NCBI GenBank assembly: GCA_951406725.2
Contig: OX597821.1
Span: 26,474,001-26,538,000, forward strand
Length of the DNA: 64,000 nucleotides
Source: Octopus vulgaris
Taxonomy: Eukaryota
Direction of reading: 5' to 3'
The translations under genes were made by a program, and so were the position numbers. The notes beneath the pieces are model-generated. The model was not told the DNA's origin, ran no database searches, and worked only from the letters and a program-made list of their open reading frames with translations. This document shows positions 14,900 to 29,069 of the stretch, piece after piece (within the stretch, counting starts at the first letter, position 1; each line of letters opens with the position of its first letter).

Positions 14900-15255
14900 C
14901 ATGTGTGTGTTAGGGGAACATCATAGCCATGTGTTGAGAGCAATTCTTTGGGGTTTGCATAATTCATCTTTGGAAACATGGGTGCTTTGTTCATCATCCT
15001 TAAACAACCCTTATTCAGGGACCTTTTGAGCGGGATGGGCTACTCGCCCTGAAGAAAATGCTAATTGGACTCCACCTGCAAGGTCATGCCCTGTTTATTT
15101 TGATATGAGATCACTATGTCACGCTCATGGTTGAGATGCATGTGCCTAGTGCACCCCTATCATAAGAGTAATCATGATGGGTATACTGGGCTTCGTATAT
15201 TTTACCATTTTACCCCAGTGTCACTTTGATGGCATGCACTGCTCTTTCACTCAAT
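14900..15255. mobile_element. Dispersed SINE-like repeat family C; other copies at ~15600-15990 and ~18710-19145
   Basis: Shared blocks ACAACCCTTATTCAGGG, GATGCATGTGCCTGGT and GGCTTCGTATATTT. Confidence 0.7.
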
Positions 15256-16783
15256 AATAATAATAATAATAATGATGATGATAATAATGATGATGATGAT
15301 AATGATGATGATGAGGATGACGAGGATGATGATGATTTATTCTTTTATTAGCCACAAGGGCTCACATAAAATAACATTAAAAGACATGCAATAACATAAA
15401 AGACAAAAACAGGACGATACAATGGATCTTCCGCGTGTAAACAATATAAATAACAATTAAAGTTGAACAAATTAAAACTATCAATAGGGGAGGCGCTTTA
15501 AGATCCTCGTGGAAAAACACACAAAAGCCATGGGTGCCTGATCAACAAGGCAAGAGCCCTTCTCCATTAATTCCATTTTTTTTCACAAGGGCACGCTCAG
15601 TTGACTGACCTTAACCAGTTGAGCATGTCCCTAATGGCTGACGATATGTGCGTCTCTGATCACAGACAGAAGTAGTGAGGAGCATCATAGCCATGTGTTG
15701 AGAGGAATTCTTTGGGTTTTGAATAAAAAAAAAAACGTATTTAGGGACCTTTTGAATAAACAAACCGTATTTAGGGACCTGAGGAATATTCCAGCTGAGC
15801 CCAGCCTGCATTGTTATGTGCTGTTTATCTTGATATAAAATCACCGTATCACGCACATACGGTTGTGATGCATGTGCCTGGTATACCGTATCAGACGGAT
15901 AGCCATGGTGGGTATATTAGGCTTCGTATATTTGCACTCCGGTGTCACTTTGATATGGCATGCGCTGCTCTCTCACTCAATAATAATAAGGATATTTTGA
16001 TGAGTTATACTGAAAAAAAAATGGATACTTACATATACAGAAGTTTATGAAGTTACAAATTCGATGGAGTAGACATAAAAATGTAAACCCATTGATGCAT
16101 ATATTATCATCGAACGGAAATATAATATGCAAAGATAATTTCGCTTGGGTAAGAAATCAACATAAACGAACATAAATATCGCAAGATCTATTTTATTTAG
16201 GACTTTTGCGACCCACAATCCTAATTTCACCCTAATAATAACGCTTTCTTAGAGATGGATAAAGTTAAAGCATTGTTGAGTAAGGCTTAGTCAGCCAACT
16301 TAAAACTAGTATCATACTGATAGAAAATATGGGACACATAAGTACACTAAATGTCATATGACATTTAGTTGATTACGTAATGGAATAACAACTTCCATTT
16401 CGGGTTAAAGAGCATCACGAAAATAGAAACAACTCTTGGTGGAACGTATCATCGGTTAAGTGGCCTAAAGTCATCGGCGTTTCGGCTCCTTCAATAACAG
16501 ACACCATTGACCAGGCCAGTTAAGGTTCATTATATTCTGACTTGCGTCATTGTATCTCCTCTTCCTCCTCCTCCTATCTAGCATTGAGGCCATAGGATGT
16601 AAGGCGAGATAGAATATCGAGGAATCCAAATAAACCTGACCTGTTGAGCTTGAGCAGCCACGCTTCTAGGTCTTTCTTTGAATGGTAATAGAGAATTATC
16701 ATCACCACCAAGCTAGTCTTTATTGATTGATCTGTAATGATGTCAATGACAAATCTGCATACTGAGTACTAGAATTTATCGAC

Positions 16784-17178
16784 TACTAGCAGTATCGCTC
16801 GGCGTTGCTCGGGTTTGTTTCGACCCTTTAGAATTGGAATTTTTGAAAAGTAAAAATTTTGCATTATGTAGCTTGTTATTCTCTTTAAGTGAACATTTTT
16901 TTGGTTGAAATACACTGAAAAATGGCAACGCAGCAGTCAAAAATCATAAAAAAATAGGGATTTTCATAGAAAAAAAAGCACCTTTTTGATATAAATAACT
17001 TTTGTTGTTAACATGGTCCGATTTGAATTGTTTTTCTACAGAAGGAAGAGCAAGCCTTCTTCTATCATATTCTCAATTTTGGTCAACTTGCGCCGCAGGG
17101 TCTCGGAGGGGATAGTGTTAGTTGAAGGCTATCAAACCTGCCATACACAGACAACTTCAGCTTTATATATAGAGAGAT
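16784..17178 (-). mobile_element. Non-autonomous Helitron-like element; a similar end lies at ~8675-8703
   Basis: The minus strand ends in a GC hairpin CCCGAGCAACGCCGAGCG followed by CTAG|T, the typical Helitron 3' terminus. Confidence 0.55.
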
Positions 17179-17289
17179 TTCTCTCCTTTAGTAGCATGGC
17201 TCTTGACTTGCAAACTTAAAACTACCTCTTGCCCAGGTGTTAGGTTTCTCAGTTTCTTGTAGGATCAGCCTACTCCCCAGGGCCAAAGT

Positions 17290-17486
17290 TATTGTGATGA
17301 GTTAGTGGTCCGACTGACTTGGTCACCATGTACATGGGAATAGTGTAAAGAATAACGAAGGTAGCATAACCTTTCATTATTACATTTTTTTTAGTCGAGA
17401 CCAGTCTTATGTTTCTGACACTATAGACATCTGTGAAGAAATTGCTTCCACTTGGGGGGAAAAGAAACCTCACAAAAAAACACACA

Positions 17487-17576
<90 letters not shown>

Positions 17577-17909
17577 TAGACACACATACACATACATAGG
17601 CACAAACCCACACACAGTCATATACACGCATGTACGCAGACAGAGATATAGGCAGATTCAGTTCTAGCATATAAGATAAATGACACAGGGCATTCATAAC
17701 AATAACCTGTATATTCGGGTTATAGCTTCCACTCGTGTAATTTTATATCAATAGAAAATGAACAAAGTTCAGTCTAATTCATGACTTGCTATTTTTATTT
17801 CTAAATTAACATTAAGAAATTTTGAAATACTAATGAAAAAACATTGTTTTTGCTGGCGTCACTTACTTCCACAGCAAAAGATATACTAATGATAAATGGT
17901 GATAATAAT

Positions 17910-17971
<62 letters not shown>

Positions 17972-18179
17972 TATTCAGACAAATACATAACAAAAACACC
18001 AGGACTTACAAACACATATAACATACAGAAAATTGCACTACTAGACACTGCACACATCCTACGCAGAACACTTTCAATACAGTAACCATCAGAGCATAAC
18101 AACAAATCACAGCACATACCCAAGGCACACAGAGCCGCGCTCGGTAGTGAAGTGAAAGCATGCTATAAAAATAAAACTA

Positions 18180-18230
<51 letters not shown>

Positions 18231-18432
18231 CATAAATGCCCTGATACAGTACCAGGCAGTGGCTTTCATGGCTTCTTATCTTAACTGATTGGAAGTATTG
18301 TCATATACATTGTTTTGTCTTGGTGTAAAAGTGCTAGAACTGAATCTACGTACATCTGTGTCTGAGTACATGCGTGTATATGACTGTGTGTGTGTTTGTG
18401 CCTATGTATGTGTATTTGTGTCTCTGTGTGTG

Positions 18433-18518
<86 letters not shown>

Positions 18519-18705
18519 TTTTTGTGATGTTTTTTTTTCCCCCAAGTGGAAGTAATTTCTTCACAGATGTCTATAGTGTCAGAAACATAAGACTGGTCTC
18601 GACTAAAAAATGTAATAATGAAAGGTTATGCCACCTCCGTTATTCTTTACACTATTTCCATGTACATGGTGACCAAGTCAGTCGGACCACTAACTCATCA
18701 CAATA
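17290..18705. repeat. Inverted duplication of ~380 bp (17290-17669 and 18332-18705)
   Basis: Near-identical reverse-complement arms including a (CA)n/(TG)n tract; mirrored ORFs in the track. Confidence 0.9.
17968..18183 (+). mobile_element. R4/Dong-like 3' end inside (TAA)n
   Basis: Matches the ends of 36262-36777 and 36850-38730 (CTCGGTAGTGAAGTGAAAG...ACTACTGAATAATAA). Confidence 0.8.
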
Positions 18706-19144
18706 TATATGTAAAATATTCTGCTCAATACCCTAGATTTACTTGTCAGTTGTTTGACCTTAACCAGTTGAGCATGTCCCTTAGTGGGAGCAGAAGTAGT
18801 GGGGAGCATTACAGTCATGTGCTGAGAGTAATTCTTTGGGGTTTGGATAATTTACCTCTGGAAACATGAGTGTTTCGTACAACACTTTTAAACAACCCTT
18901 ATTCAGGGACCTTTTGAGTGGGATGGGCTAGTCGACCTGAAGAAAATTCTAACTGGGCCCCACCTGCAAGGTCATGCACTGTTAATCTTGATATGAGATC
19001 TCTATGTCACGCACATATAGGTGTGATGCATGTGCCTGGTGCACCCTTATCAGATAGGTAACCATCATGAATATACTGGGCTTCGTATATTTTACCCCAG
19101 GCTCACTTTGATGGCAAGCACTGCTTTCTCATTCAGTAATAATA

Positions 19145-19950
19145 ATTTTCCCTAGATCTGGTCGTTCTCTTTGAGAGGCAGGTGGGATACAGGACCTACT
19201 CTTCAGTCCACCAGGGTGACACTGTGTGTCTTCGTGCGAGGTCCTTAATTTTTTAATGAGTACCCTAATGCTGGCAAACTGTCTCTCTCTCTCTGTATAT
19301 GGACCACATCTATTAAAATTTCTCAGGTCCTTCTCAACGTGACTGATGGAGACTATTTCAGCTCTCCTACTTTTGTCTGATACGCATCTAAAATAGATTT
19401 TGTAGGTCTTGTCGTTTGCTTTTGTTATTTCGGGAGGTACGAGCTCTGCTACCTTTCCCCACTCAAATTTAATGATGCCTTTCGCTTTTGTGAGTTCATG
19501 CGTTTTGTCATCGAGTGCGATGGCAAACATTTCTCTCTTTGTGTTCGCTACATCAGCAAACCTTTTATTTTTGTTATTGTTTTTTGTTGCTGTCGTCGTT
19601 GTTTTTGTTGTTACTGCTGCTGCTGTTCCTATTGGTGGAGTTGAGGCCACTTCAACCGTTGCCACTCTCATCACCACCATCACCACTATTTCCTTCCACT
19701 CCGCCTTCAATTGTAGCACTGTTTTTTCCCCGCTAAAAGCCGCAGCATTGTTAACAAAAATGCTATCTCTGCTACTATTGTAACTACCACCACCGCTGTT
19801 GCAGTTGTTGCTGTTTCTCGCATTGTTGTTGCTACCACTACTACTATTGCTGCTGCTGTTTGTTTGTTTGATTGTTGAGCGAAGCGGTCTTCGTCCCAGA
19901 TCTCGCAAGATCGCGCCTCAGGATTGTCTGTAGTGGGAGAAGTCCGAAAC
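19145..19950 (-). mobile_element. Possible ORF1/5' end of an L1/Tx1-like LINE
   Basis: 259-aa ORF with a low-complexity N-terminus and a folded-looking C-terminal part, truncated by a repeat. No diagnostic motif recognised. Confidence 0.35.
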
Positions 19951-20016
19951 GTGGTCCTTTGCTGTTCGTAAAACCCGCAGAAGAGAAAGCAGGTCAACCC
20001 CCGACACCGTGAGCAT

Positions 20017-20645
20017 CGACGGATGGATGAATGCGCATCCAGGCTCAAGAAACAGGAAGAAAGAGTGAGAGAAAGTTGGAGCGAAAGAGTACAACAAGGG
20101 TCGCTACCACCCCCCGCCGGAGCCTCGTGGAGCTTTAGGTGTTTTCGCTCAATAAACACACACAACGCCCGGTCTGGGAATCGAAACCGCGATCCTCTGT
20201 GTGTCCTTGTGTACGTGTTTTCATTTATTTTCACCTCTACTTTTTAAGAACGTTGTCTGTGATTTGAGGAAAGATTTGCTGCTATTTCATGCAGCTTGAA
20301 TTATTTCATAGAAGCACCCACATTGTAAAAAAATCAATATATCAGGCGCAAATGGCCCAGTGGTTAGGGCAGTGGACTCGCGGTCGTAGGATCGCGGTTT
20401 CAATTCCCAGACCAGGCGTTGTGAGTGTTTATTGAGCGAAAACACCTAAAAGCTCCACGAGGCTCCAACAGGGGGTGGCGATCCCAGCTGTACTCTTTTG
20501 GTACTCTTTCTCTCACTCTTTCTTCTGTTGGCCTGCTCGCTTAGCCAGCAGGGTGGCGTCATTCGAAGGCTAAAACAATGCGAAGCGCATTGTGACCAGC
20601 GATGTGTAGCAACATCTGATGGTCTGGTCGGTCACGTGATCACGT
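20017..20645. mobile_element. Head-to-head pair of tRNA-derived SINE family B copies (20017-20197 minus; 20344-20645 plus)
   Basis: GGCGCAATGGCCCAGTGGTTAGGGCAG.GGACTCGCGGTCGTAGGATCGCGGTTTC.ATTCCCAGACC tRNA-like head. Confidence 0.8.
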
Positions 20646-21564
20646 GATATATATATATATATATATATACACAGTGTGTGTGTATGTGTGCGTGTGTGTG
20701 TGTGTGTGTGTTTTCCCCCACCATCGCTTGACAACCGATGTTGGTGTGTTAGCAGTTCGGCAAAAGAGACCAATAGAATAAGTACTCGGCCTACGAAGAA
20801 TAAGTTCTGGGGTCGATTTGTTCGACTAAAGGTGGTGCTCCAGCATGGCCGCAGTCAAAGGACTGAAACAAGGAGAAGAGGAAAAGAGTATATACTTATT
20901 CTATTAAGAGCTCAACTTCACATTTGACTGCCGATTGTAAATATTCTTTTCTGCTCTAGTAGTTGCTATATTGAAAGCCATTGAAAAACAGATTTTATGC
21001 CGGAGTTAACCTAGTTACCTGACTTGCCTTCTCCTGACTATAGTGATATCGGATATTTCAGCAGTACCATCATCTATCTTGTTTTCCATCTCAAACAGGG
21101 ATTCATTTTCTGTTTCAATTTGGGACTCATGCCCAGACTCAACCTGAGACTCTTCCTCTGTTTCAACCTGGGACTCCACTTGGGAGTCATTCTCTGTCTC
21201 TGTTATCACTGCTGTTGTGAAGGTTGTCACTGCTACTACTGCAAAGTGGACTTGGTACTTTTTCTCCCCACCTTTTCTCCTCCCCATCTCCTGTATTGTT
21301 GTCGGTAACGGAAGGAAGGGGAGTTACTAGACCTGCGAGAGGGGCAGTTTTTCTTAACTCTTTCAAGTTGGGCCAAATAAACACCGAAACCCAGTGACAG
21401 GTGCCTGGTGTTTCTATTAACAACTTGGAACAAACTGTAAACCGAAAAACGGCACCAAACGGGTGTAAACAAATGTTTTCAAAAGGACTTACTTGGAGCG
21501 TTCGAAAACTCGTCCGATGTACTTCGCAGCAAATATAATAATGATAATAATGATGATGATGATG

Positions 21565-21631
<67 letters not shown>

Positions 21632-21656
21632 TAATAATAATAATAATAATAATAAT

Positions 21657-23510
21657 TAATTCTTTTTATTGGCCACAAGGGCTGACACACATGATTAGTA
21701 AACATAAAGGAACAAAACAGGACGAAAGGTTACAAAGGGTTTTGTCCGTTTTTGAAAAAATTCGAGTAAAAACTGTTTAACAACGAAAGATTATAACAAT
21801 GAAAAACTCCCAATAAGCGGAGGCGCTTCGAAAGGTTCCTGGTGGAAAAAAACCCATAAAAGCCAACGGGAGCCTGGTCAAAAGGGGGGTAGAGAGCCCC
21901 TTTCTCCTTTTATAAAACCTTTTTCAATCACAGGCGAAACCTGAGAACTGGTCCATTTATACTGGCCAGTCTCGCACAATTCACCCACCTTTCATAAAAC
22001 TTGCTATCGGACAGCACTCTCCTCTCTAACCTCATCTTTCTTTCAAGTGAAACTTGAAAAAGTTGATGAGGCCTTGACCAAAGATGAAAGTGTCTGACTT
22101 TAGCCCTTTCAAACGGGTCCACCATACAATCTCTTTCCTCACAGCCACTAGGCACAGGAAAACGGCCTCGCCCTCCTTGTTAAAGGAGGACGGCGGGGCA
22201 ATCTTCACTATGGATTCGGCTGATGGCCAGATCCGTCCTATGCGACATAGCTGTTCGGGCACTGGACGAGTGCGTGCAGAACGGTTTCGTCGTCCTGGCA
22301 ACACCTCGGGTATGCCCGGCTGACGGCACTTCCGTGCCGGTAGAGTTTATCCCGAACAGGCAGAGCCCCTCGGTAGCACTGCCAGGCGAGCGACCTCTGG
22401 AAATTATCCATTGGCCCCGGCATGAAAGTCCTTCCGAACAGACCGCTCAGTTCGTTATCATCAACGCCTAGAGTTTCCCCGAGAACGTCGTCGCATTTTT
22501 CCTCCACTAACCCTCTATAGAACGCTAGAGTGGAACTAAAACCGATCGCATTGCCCGCCTGACGGAGGGCGGAGAGAGCTTGATGGCACTCGAGGTGCCA
22601 AGCGCCCTTTCTCGGTCTACGTTTGATCCAGGTCTGCAGCTCTGTCAAAGAGACGAGCTGCGGAAAGTCGCGTCTGACAAAAGACGACCACACCTGATCA
22701 CCGCCTAGGAAACGCTTGAGATGTCGCAGCCTGAGCGCATGTCTGCGCATCAGTAACCACGGCATGCCAAGGCCTCCGTTCAGCGGTCGTTGACAGCAGA
22801 TGGATCGCCTGACCAGTGGCACCTGACCCTTCCACAAAAAGTCGAAGAGCAGGCGTACCAGCTTAGCCAACCAGCGGTTGGGACAAGGGACGACGGTCAA
22901 GCGGTAATAGATGACGAATGCGATGTATGCATTCGCCACCTCCGCTCGACCTTTCAGGGACAGCTTCCTCTCGGCCCATTTCTGGGTGAGATGTGCCACC
23001 CTGCTCGTCACTTCTTCCCAGTTTTTATCCACCTGGAGGTCTGGACCGAACCAGACTCTGAGCAGTTTAACGGGTCCGTCTGTCCAGCGCCCTACGACGC
23101 TGTTGGACGGCATGGGCTTGCCTCTCCAGGTGCCCAGTTGCAAGCCCACAGACTTTTCCGCGTTAATCTTTGCCCTGTCACCGCTTTGTACTCGTTTAGT
23201 GTCTCGCCAATCAGGCCAATGTGCCTGTGGCTCGACACCACCACGGTGACGTCGTCGGCATAGGCAGACACGCTGTTTCCGCCTCCTAGATCGCGCGGGA
23301 TACCCCTCAAAGCCTCCAACTTGCGCAGTAATGGCTCGAGAGTCAATATGTACAAAAGGGAGGAGAGAGGGCATCCTTGGCGGACCGAACGCGAGATGTC
23401 AAACGGTTCCGAAAGGTAACCGTTCACCCGTATCACCGAGCAGATGTTGCTGTATAAAGCAGCGATCCACCCGCGGAAGACTGGACCGAAGCTGGCTGCC
23501 TTGAGAACAG
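21657..23510 (-). mobile_element. 5'-truncated Tx1/L1-clade LINE (RT and C-terminal domain), few frameshifts
   Basis: SVRQGCPLS, AYADDV, W..RKLSLKGRA.VAN, GGLGMP and C..DDETVLHALVQC motifs; flanked on both sides by (TAA)n. Confidence 0.9.
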
Positions 23511-23511
23511 C

Positions 23512-23559
<48 letters not shown>

Positions 23560-24167
23560 TGAATGCATTTATATGTATTATTCATTCGTTCAATACATAC
23601 TAAATTAGTCGGACAAACTATATAAAAATGAACGTAATGTTGAAAGATGCAATTCATTAAGTGTAGGGACAAGTCTAAAAATTTGATGATGATGATGATA
23701 ATGATAATAATGATGACTTTGGTAATAATAACTATCTTGCAACAACCCACATTCGTATATCCAATAGACTTGTTCCAAAAAGCATACAAAAATTTGAATA
23801 GACACGAGACAAAGTTATATAAAAATAATAGGATCTGACACGTCTCACAAATTTAACTTATATTAAAGTTTTCTTAATTACGCAAATAATTACGCAAAAT
23901 ATTTAGATAAGTATATAAAAACAAAGAAAATGTCTAAAGATATGATTTGAAGAAACAGCAAAACAATTACCACAACTTGCTCAAAAACAAGTGAGAAGCC
24001 CTTTGCTTGGGTTAGAGTATCCCACGGCTTTTCCAACTTGCTACGTCACATATTAGAACTTGCTGCACCCAAAGACTACGAGAAGATGTCTTGCGTTGAA
24101 CTTGGAGAAAGAGAATTAAGCCTTCTCAGAAAATTGCTGTTTTACGGAGTTATAGATCATCCGGGTG

Positions 24168-24547
24168 TGGAGGCGCAATGGCCCACTGGTTAGGGCAGCG
24201 GACTCGCGGTCGTAGGATCGTGGTTTCGATTCCCAGACCGGGCGTTGTGAGTGTTTATTGAGCGAAAACACCTAAAGCTCCACGAGGCCTCCGGCAGGGG
24301 ATGGTGGTGATCCCTGCTGAACTCTTTCACCACAACTTTCTCTCACTCTTACTTCCTGTTTCTGTTGTACCTGTATTTCAAAGGGCCGGCCTTGACACTC
24401 TCTGTGTCACGCTGAATATCCCCGAGAACTGCGTTAAGGATACACGTGTCTGTGGAGTGCTCAGCCACTTACACGTTAATTTCACGAGCAGGCTGTTCCG
24501 TTGATCGGATCAACCGGAACCCTCGTCGTCGTAACCGACGGAGTGCT
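24168..24547 (+). mobile_element. Full-length SINE family B
   Basis: Near-identical to 30978-31360; tRNA head with A and B boxes. Confidence 0.85.
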
Positions 24548-25391
24548 AGAAAAAAAGATCATCCGAGTCACTTTCAATACTTTCCTATCGACTAATGTCT
24601 TTTAAACTCACGTCATATTATATTCTCCCCATTTAGCACATTATCCTTGTAACTGCACTTTACCATGCTCAAGGTTATGCTGCTTATTTGCAGGATCACA
24701 AACTTAATATTGTCCCTTGACGAGAGGAGTCTTTTTCGTGTATTTTACACATATTTTGTTCGGATTTTCCCTTTTACTTTTAAAAATTTTACTCGACATA
24801 CTACCATCTTTCTCTATTCTCCATTTGTCGTCTGCAGCCACAAAATGATGTGGTGACAGACGACAAAGGAGACCCTCTCCTATGAATGGAAAGGGCCTCC
24901 TTTATCTTGGCCGGCTTACTGGTTATCAACTCATGACACCTAGAACACGGTTAGTCCCTCGACTATTCTCGGAGCTGTGACCAAGGATGTCTTCGAAATA
25001 GCGATTTCTATCTCTTGCTATTGTTATGGCAAAGCTAAAGTCTGCAGAACTTGAACCTGGTATGCTATATCGCATTCTGACCGCCAGTGTAACGATGTTG
25101 CCATTCCATTGCTTTGTCTTTTGAAATTGTTTCTAAGTTTGTCACTAGGTAAGCAACTTTGAAGAGATAGGGTCAATCGTATAATAGGAGCCCAGTACTT
25201 GGTTGGTACTTTATTTTATCAAGTACGGAGGAATGAAAAGCAAAATTGCCCTAAGTGGGATTTGAACTCAAAACACAAAGGACTGGATAAAATACCGCAT
25301 TTTCTCCGAAGACGGAAAAGAGAAGAAAAGAAGAAAAAAAGAATAGTAAAAGTAGTAGTGTTAGAAGTGTTAGTAGTATTAGTATTAACAA

Positions 25392-25442
<51 letters not shown>

Positions 25443-25542
25443 CAGTCGAAGAAGGCGAAGAAAAAGAAGAAGAAGAAGGAGGAAAAGGAGGGGAAGAGCA
25501 TGACAAAAAATACCAGTAATAATAATAATAATAATGAGAAAT

Positions 25543-25648
25543 AGAAGAAGAAGAAGAAGAAGAAGAAGAAGAAGAAGAAGAAGAAGAAGAAGAAGAAGAA
25601 GAAGAAGAAGAAGAAGAAGAAGAAGAAGAAGAAGAAGAAGAAGAAGAA
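25543..25648. repeat. (GAA)n microsatellite, preceded by (GTA)n at ~25393-25441
   Basis: Seen directly. Confidence 0.95.
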
Positions 25649-26345
25649 ATGATATAATATATACTGAAACGTTATCACCAAACTTTAGCGTGAAATAATG
25701 TCAATTGTAGGTCACCTGACTTCGAATCCAAGGTTATTATTATTTTTTTAACCATTGAATACGTATATATTAGCTCAACTGTAAGATTGTTTGTCATTAC
25801 ATTGTGGACAACTAAACGGGTAAGTTGGTTTCTTTCAATATTATTTTCTCATAGCTTTTACGACGCAAAAAAAATTTTTAAGTGAATTTTGCAGAGGTGT
25901 GGTCTAAGTGCGCGTGTATGTGTATGTAGTTGATTGACAAGTATTTAAGACACAACTTCATCAACTTACTTGAAAGCAGCACTTAATTGATATTTATTTT
26001 ATCGTCACCGGAAGAAGAGAAGATATAATCAACTTCCGATTGTTTCTGTTATACCACCGCCGCAAATTTACATCTTCACAGGTTCACTGTATATTTAGCA
26101 GTGGCGAGGATGTTAAAGGAATGTGCAAAACTTCCTGAAAAGGGATTCGTTCCGGCAAACAACTTTGATCCTATTGCTTACAAAACATGCTATTTATAAC
26201 AGTTTCCACTTGATTGCTATCGCGTGAGGGGAATTCGGAAGGGGGAAAGCTGTGCAGAGGTTCGTTATGTATGTATGTATGTATGTATGTATGTATGTAT
26301 GTATGTATGTATGTATGTATGTATGTATGTATATATATATACATA

Positions 26346-26499
26346 CTTTATTTAAAAGCAGCAGAAATATAACAAAAGCTGTTACCCAGAGTTTCACATT
26401 CCCATTCGTCGGACAGTTTTGTTAAAACCGTCCGATGAACGGGAACGTGAAACTCGTGAGTAACAGCTTTTGTTATATTTCTGCTGCTTTTAAATAAAG
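26346..26499. repeat. ~75 bp-arm palindrome of a short dispersed repeat
   Basis: The outer 40 bp are perfectly complementary; a single-arm homolog lies at ~8416-8490. Confidence 0.9.
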
Positions 26500-26671
26500 C
26501 ATATTACTCTACTTCTGGTATTTGAGTACTCTTTTTTCCACCTTGTTTCACATTTATGTGCTTACTCCGGTATATATATATATATATAATATAAATTAAT
26601 TAATTTTATGTATTGGCTTAAGTTTTTCATTGTTTGATTTGCCTAATAGTGGTTTTATCTCTAATTTAATA

Positions 26672-26739
<68 letters not shown>

Positions 26740-26799
26740 AGTGCCAACGAACGAGATTCTCGGACCTTGAGTCACCCTGTCACTTCTGCTAAATATTAA

Positions 26800-28000
26800 C
26801 AGAAAACAGTGTTATTAGGGACAGCTAGAATACTTAGGAGAGTTTTTGGCATCTAAGGTTAAACCGATGTTATGAATCTTTCTTTTTCGAGAGTCTAATA
26901 TGTTGTGCGTATATGAAATAACAACAACGATAAAAGTGTCAGGTAAAAAACGAAGCAATACAAATACCAACAAAGAACAAATAATTTTCAGTAAAATAGA
27001 CTCTTCAGGAACAACGAAAGAAAATTCTAAAATTATATAAACAACGGAACAAGGAAGAAGAGCATCTGAAGAAGAGGATATACTGAAACAGAAAGAAGGT
27101 TCTGAGTAGAAATCTGGAGCAAAGAAAGTCTAACATAATATAACCGAAGACTGGTTGCGCGAATTTGAAAGAGAAACAATAACATAACAATTACAAACAA
27201 AAAAGTGAAATAGATGATAAAGAAAATACCAAACTGTGAAGTCCCCTGACCAGATTGAGTTCAGTTGATTCTGGCTAAAAAATCTTCCGCGTGTTAACAA
27301 CCATATACAACTATTTTTACTGCATAGAAAATGGAATGAGAACAAGGATGATAAAAGGAAGGATAGTGCTGATACAGAAGGACAAAATCAAAAAAAAAAA
27401 AAAAAAGAAGAGGAAATCAGCAATTATAGACCTGTTGTATTTTTACCATCAAACTGGATGTTATTAATTGGCCTCGTAGCAGATTAATTATACTTCTAAA
27501 GAGTACAAGAGGGGAGATAGGAAGATGATCGAAGCAAAATTAAATAGAGGAAATATCATTAAAGTAATAAATACACGGGCTTGCCGGTATTGCGATTCTT
27601 TGCTCCCTTTCTGAAATGGATAAAAGCCGAGCTACAGAACTTGGATAGAAGAACTACAATACTGCTCACAATGCACAACATACACCACCCTAAAAATTAT
27701 ACCGATAGACTCTACCTACCAAAAAAAAAAAAAAAAAAAGGAAGGAAACAGGATTACTACACGTAGAAGACAAGGTTAATACCGCGATATTAGGGTTGAA
27801 AAATTATGTTGTGCGAAGTAAAGAAAGAATACCAATGGCAGCTAGAGATGCCCCAAAATTTACTGACATAGTAGGAAGATTCAAAGAGAAAAGGAAGAAC
27901 AATAGAATCTCTTGCGACTTTTCCATAAAGACCGAACATACTACTGAAGCAAGGAAACCAGAAATGAACACAGAGGAGAAAATAAACAAACAGCATGAGA
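26800..28000 (+). mobile_element. Decayed R4/Dong-like fragments
   Basis: 26803-26860 matches the tail of the 13850-14455 element; LDRRT..LLTMHNIHHPK..TDRLYLP is typical of R4-type ORFs. Confidence 0.6.
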
Positions 28001-28191
28001 CCATAGACTTTGCAATGCCATATACGATAAGGAGCATCAGCTGGAAATAACTATTCGTAGCAGCACCAAGAACGATTAAAATCATGAAGGTGGTCGTTCA
28101 GCACCGCTGCAGCCTGATGACTTAAACCAATAACATAATAAAGCAAATGTGTATACATACACACATTCACACACAGACAAGTGCTCTCCCC

Positions 28192-28255
<64 letters not shown>

Positions 28256-28996
28256 GTGAGTGGAATGTATAAGGATAAAATTACGCGGGCGGGTACCGTG
28301 GTAGCTTTCAGATATATTTCAGGTTACTGATAACTTCATCAAGTAATACTAAGTGTCAATAGTCCCTTGGTATTAGCAACTTCGCTGTAATTCATCTGAC
28401 GAGTAACTCCGGGTTTGCTTTTCTGGATTATGAATACCATCCGGAATGTAGATTTCAAGCAATTATAAAGAATACGGAGACTGGCACATCATCAGATTTT
28501 TCTTTTAATTTTATAGTTGGTCATACAGCATAATTATTTGGTTACAATGACCGACACGTTTTTCTACTGCCACACAGTATGTGCAGTTGCACATACAACT
28601 CAGCAAATTCTTCTGTGCACCTTCATTTAGGGTCTTCAACAAACGTGGCTCGAAGCGAACTGAGTTAATTTCTTTATTTGTGGTTAGTTTAAGATACCAA
28701 AGAAAGTGATAGGTGGTTGAAATTTCATGTGGCTATAAAGTTTATTTTTAGGGTGACCTCAATTTAACAGCCGTGCAGTGAAGAAATTTGGAGTTGAATG
28801 TATGTTGAATTAGGTCAATGTATATTTGCGTGTTTTAACAGGCTTTTTTTCCCAGTGTGAAAGGAGATTGAATTGAACTAATGTTTAACAGTTACGTCGA
28901 CGGAGTTCTGTCCATATATTTAGTGGTTGTGCACTTTCTAGTTGAGTTTTTTTTGTCATTAATAAGTTTCCATACGTATATATGCTGCTATGATTT

Positions 28997-29069
<73 letters not shown>

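Noticed and set aside
21015-21287. Acidic repeat ORF (ESQVE repeats)
   Set aside because: Short, low-complexity and adjacent to TE debris; no splice or homology support seen.
24168-24245. tRNA gene-like sequences (also at ~529, 2143, 20344 and 30978)
   Set aside because: They are SINE heads continuing into shared SINE bodies, without a convincing full cloverleaf.
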